This document shows positions 62,854 to 64,000 of a stretch of DNA of 64,000 nt, piece after piece. A program made the translations under genes and the position numbers. How positions within the stretch are numbered: position 1 is the first letter of the stretch; every line of letters starts with the position of its first letter. Under the pieces are notes generated by a model that searched no databases, had not been told where the DNA came from, and saw nothing but the letters and a program-made list of their open reading frames with translations. The stretch lies in the NCBI GenBank assembly GCA_036785375.1, contig JAWMAR010000392.1:1116001-1180000 (forward strand), written 5' to 3'. This DNA is from Leucoraja ocellata (lineage: Eukaryota).

Positions 62854-64000
62854 ATGAGTAGACCAATCCTTGTACAAATTACGTTTTCTTCCCTGTTCTC
62901 GTGGCGTTCGGGGTTCCAGGTGAGTTCTGTTATCGCTTGTCAATGTGTCTTCGTCTTTTGAGATTTCACCTTCTTGTTCATTCGCGGTTTATTTGTTTTC
63001 ACAAGGTTTTTTAACTGTCTCAGTGACTATGAGTAGCTGAGCTGAGGCGAGAGGGGTCCCCATCATGGGTCAGAGTAAGAAAACGAGAACGGGAGGTTAA
63101 AAAACAACTGTAAGTGGCTTTATTCTTTGGAGCGCAGAAGGTTAAGGGGGGACTTGATAGAGGTTTTTAAAATGATGAGAGGGATAGACAGAGTTGACGT
63201 GGAAAAGCTTTTCCCACTGAGAGTAGGGAAGATTCAAGCAAGGGGACATGACATGAGAATTAAGGGACTGAAGTTTAGGGGTAACATGAGGGGGAACTTC
63301 TTTACTCAGAGAGTGGTAGCTGTGTGGAATGAGCTTCCAGTGAAGGTGGTGGAGGCAGGTTCGTTTTTATCATTTAAAAATAAATTGGATAGTTATATGG
63401 ATGGGAAGGGAATGGAGGGTTATGGTCTGAGCGCAGGTATATGGGACTAGGGGAGATTATGTGTTCGGCACGGACTAGAAGGGCCGAGATGGCCTGCTTC
63501 CGTGCTGTAATTGTTATATGGTTATATGGTTATTATATGGTTGAGCTCGCTGGTCCCACGCTCACTGGGTCTTGCTTTCTGATCAGTAAGGGAATGGGCT
63601 ACAGCGGGAAATGCGCCGCCCGCTCCCAGTCTCCCGCATTTTCCATGACAGTCAATGGTAAACAATATAGAGAACATTGAGCTGGATATTCTTATCGTGA
63701 TATCCAAGTCCGTAGACTGACTACCCAACCACAGCGAGTGTATATCGACCTCTTTATAATGTCTACATCACACGATTACTCAAACGCTTCACTCTACTGA
63801 ATATTACACCAATTGTAGACCAACACTACAAAACACTTTCTTCCACGCCTGTCCCAGCCCCTTGTTCTGATCACCATGTTTCCCACTTTCCCATTTCTTC
63901 CTTGCAGCAAATTTACTGACGGTCGCTATTGTGTTCCGGGGAAGGTGCGGACTCTCCAAATGCATCAGCCGCTACCTGTTGTCCATGGCACTCGCCGACC
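62854..64000 (+). pseudogene. GPR139-like GPCR copy 4 (exon 1 62854-62919, exon 2 from 63908, truncated by the window end), frameshifted
   Basis: Exon 1 is 66 nt rather than 70 (ATTACGTTTTC vs ATTACGGCCGTTTTC). Splicing gives MSRPILVQITFSSLFSWRSGFQQIY-stop. Confidence 0.75.

Overview
Repeat-dense vertebrate genomic DNA, most likely from a cartilaginous fish (skate/ray/shark). This is inferred from HE1-type V-SINEs, HER1/CR1-type LINEs and Penelope remnants. There are three N-gaps. Two host-gene systems can be read from the sequence. (1) From about 29 to 64 kb there is a head-to-tail tandem array with a period of about 10-11.6 kb. It holds four two-exon class A GPCR genes of the GPR139/GPR142-like type. 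The 70-nt first exon is missed by the ORF track. Three copies are intact (329 aa) and the fourth has a 4-bp frameshift in exon 1. The units are mosaics, with a near-identical tract of about 5 kb and unit-specific transposon insertions. (2) From about 6.8 to 20.3 kb there is a candidate type I membrane Ig-superfamily gene. It has a signal-peptide exon and a phase 1-1 HEPACAM/CD2-like V-set exon that lacks the canonical disulfide but carries a Cys-rich insert built by a 33-bp duplication. It also has a possible frameshifted transmembrane exon with a TM arginine, and three decayed paralogous V-exon fragments lie nearby. The rest is mostly CR1, Rex1/Babar, RTE, I/Nimb and Penelope retroelements, V-SINEs and DNA-transposon remnants. 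The Penelope-derived repeats carry minimal hammerhead-ribozyme cores, and one forms a 128-bp palindrome centred next to the predicted cleavage site. All comparisons were made by eye; no searches were run.
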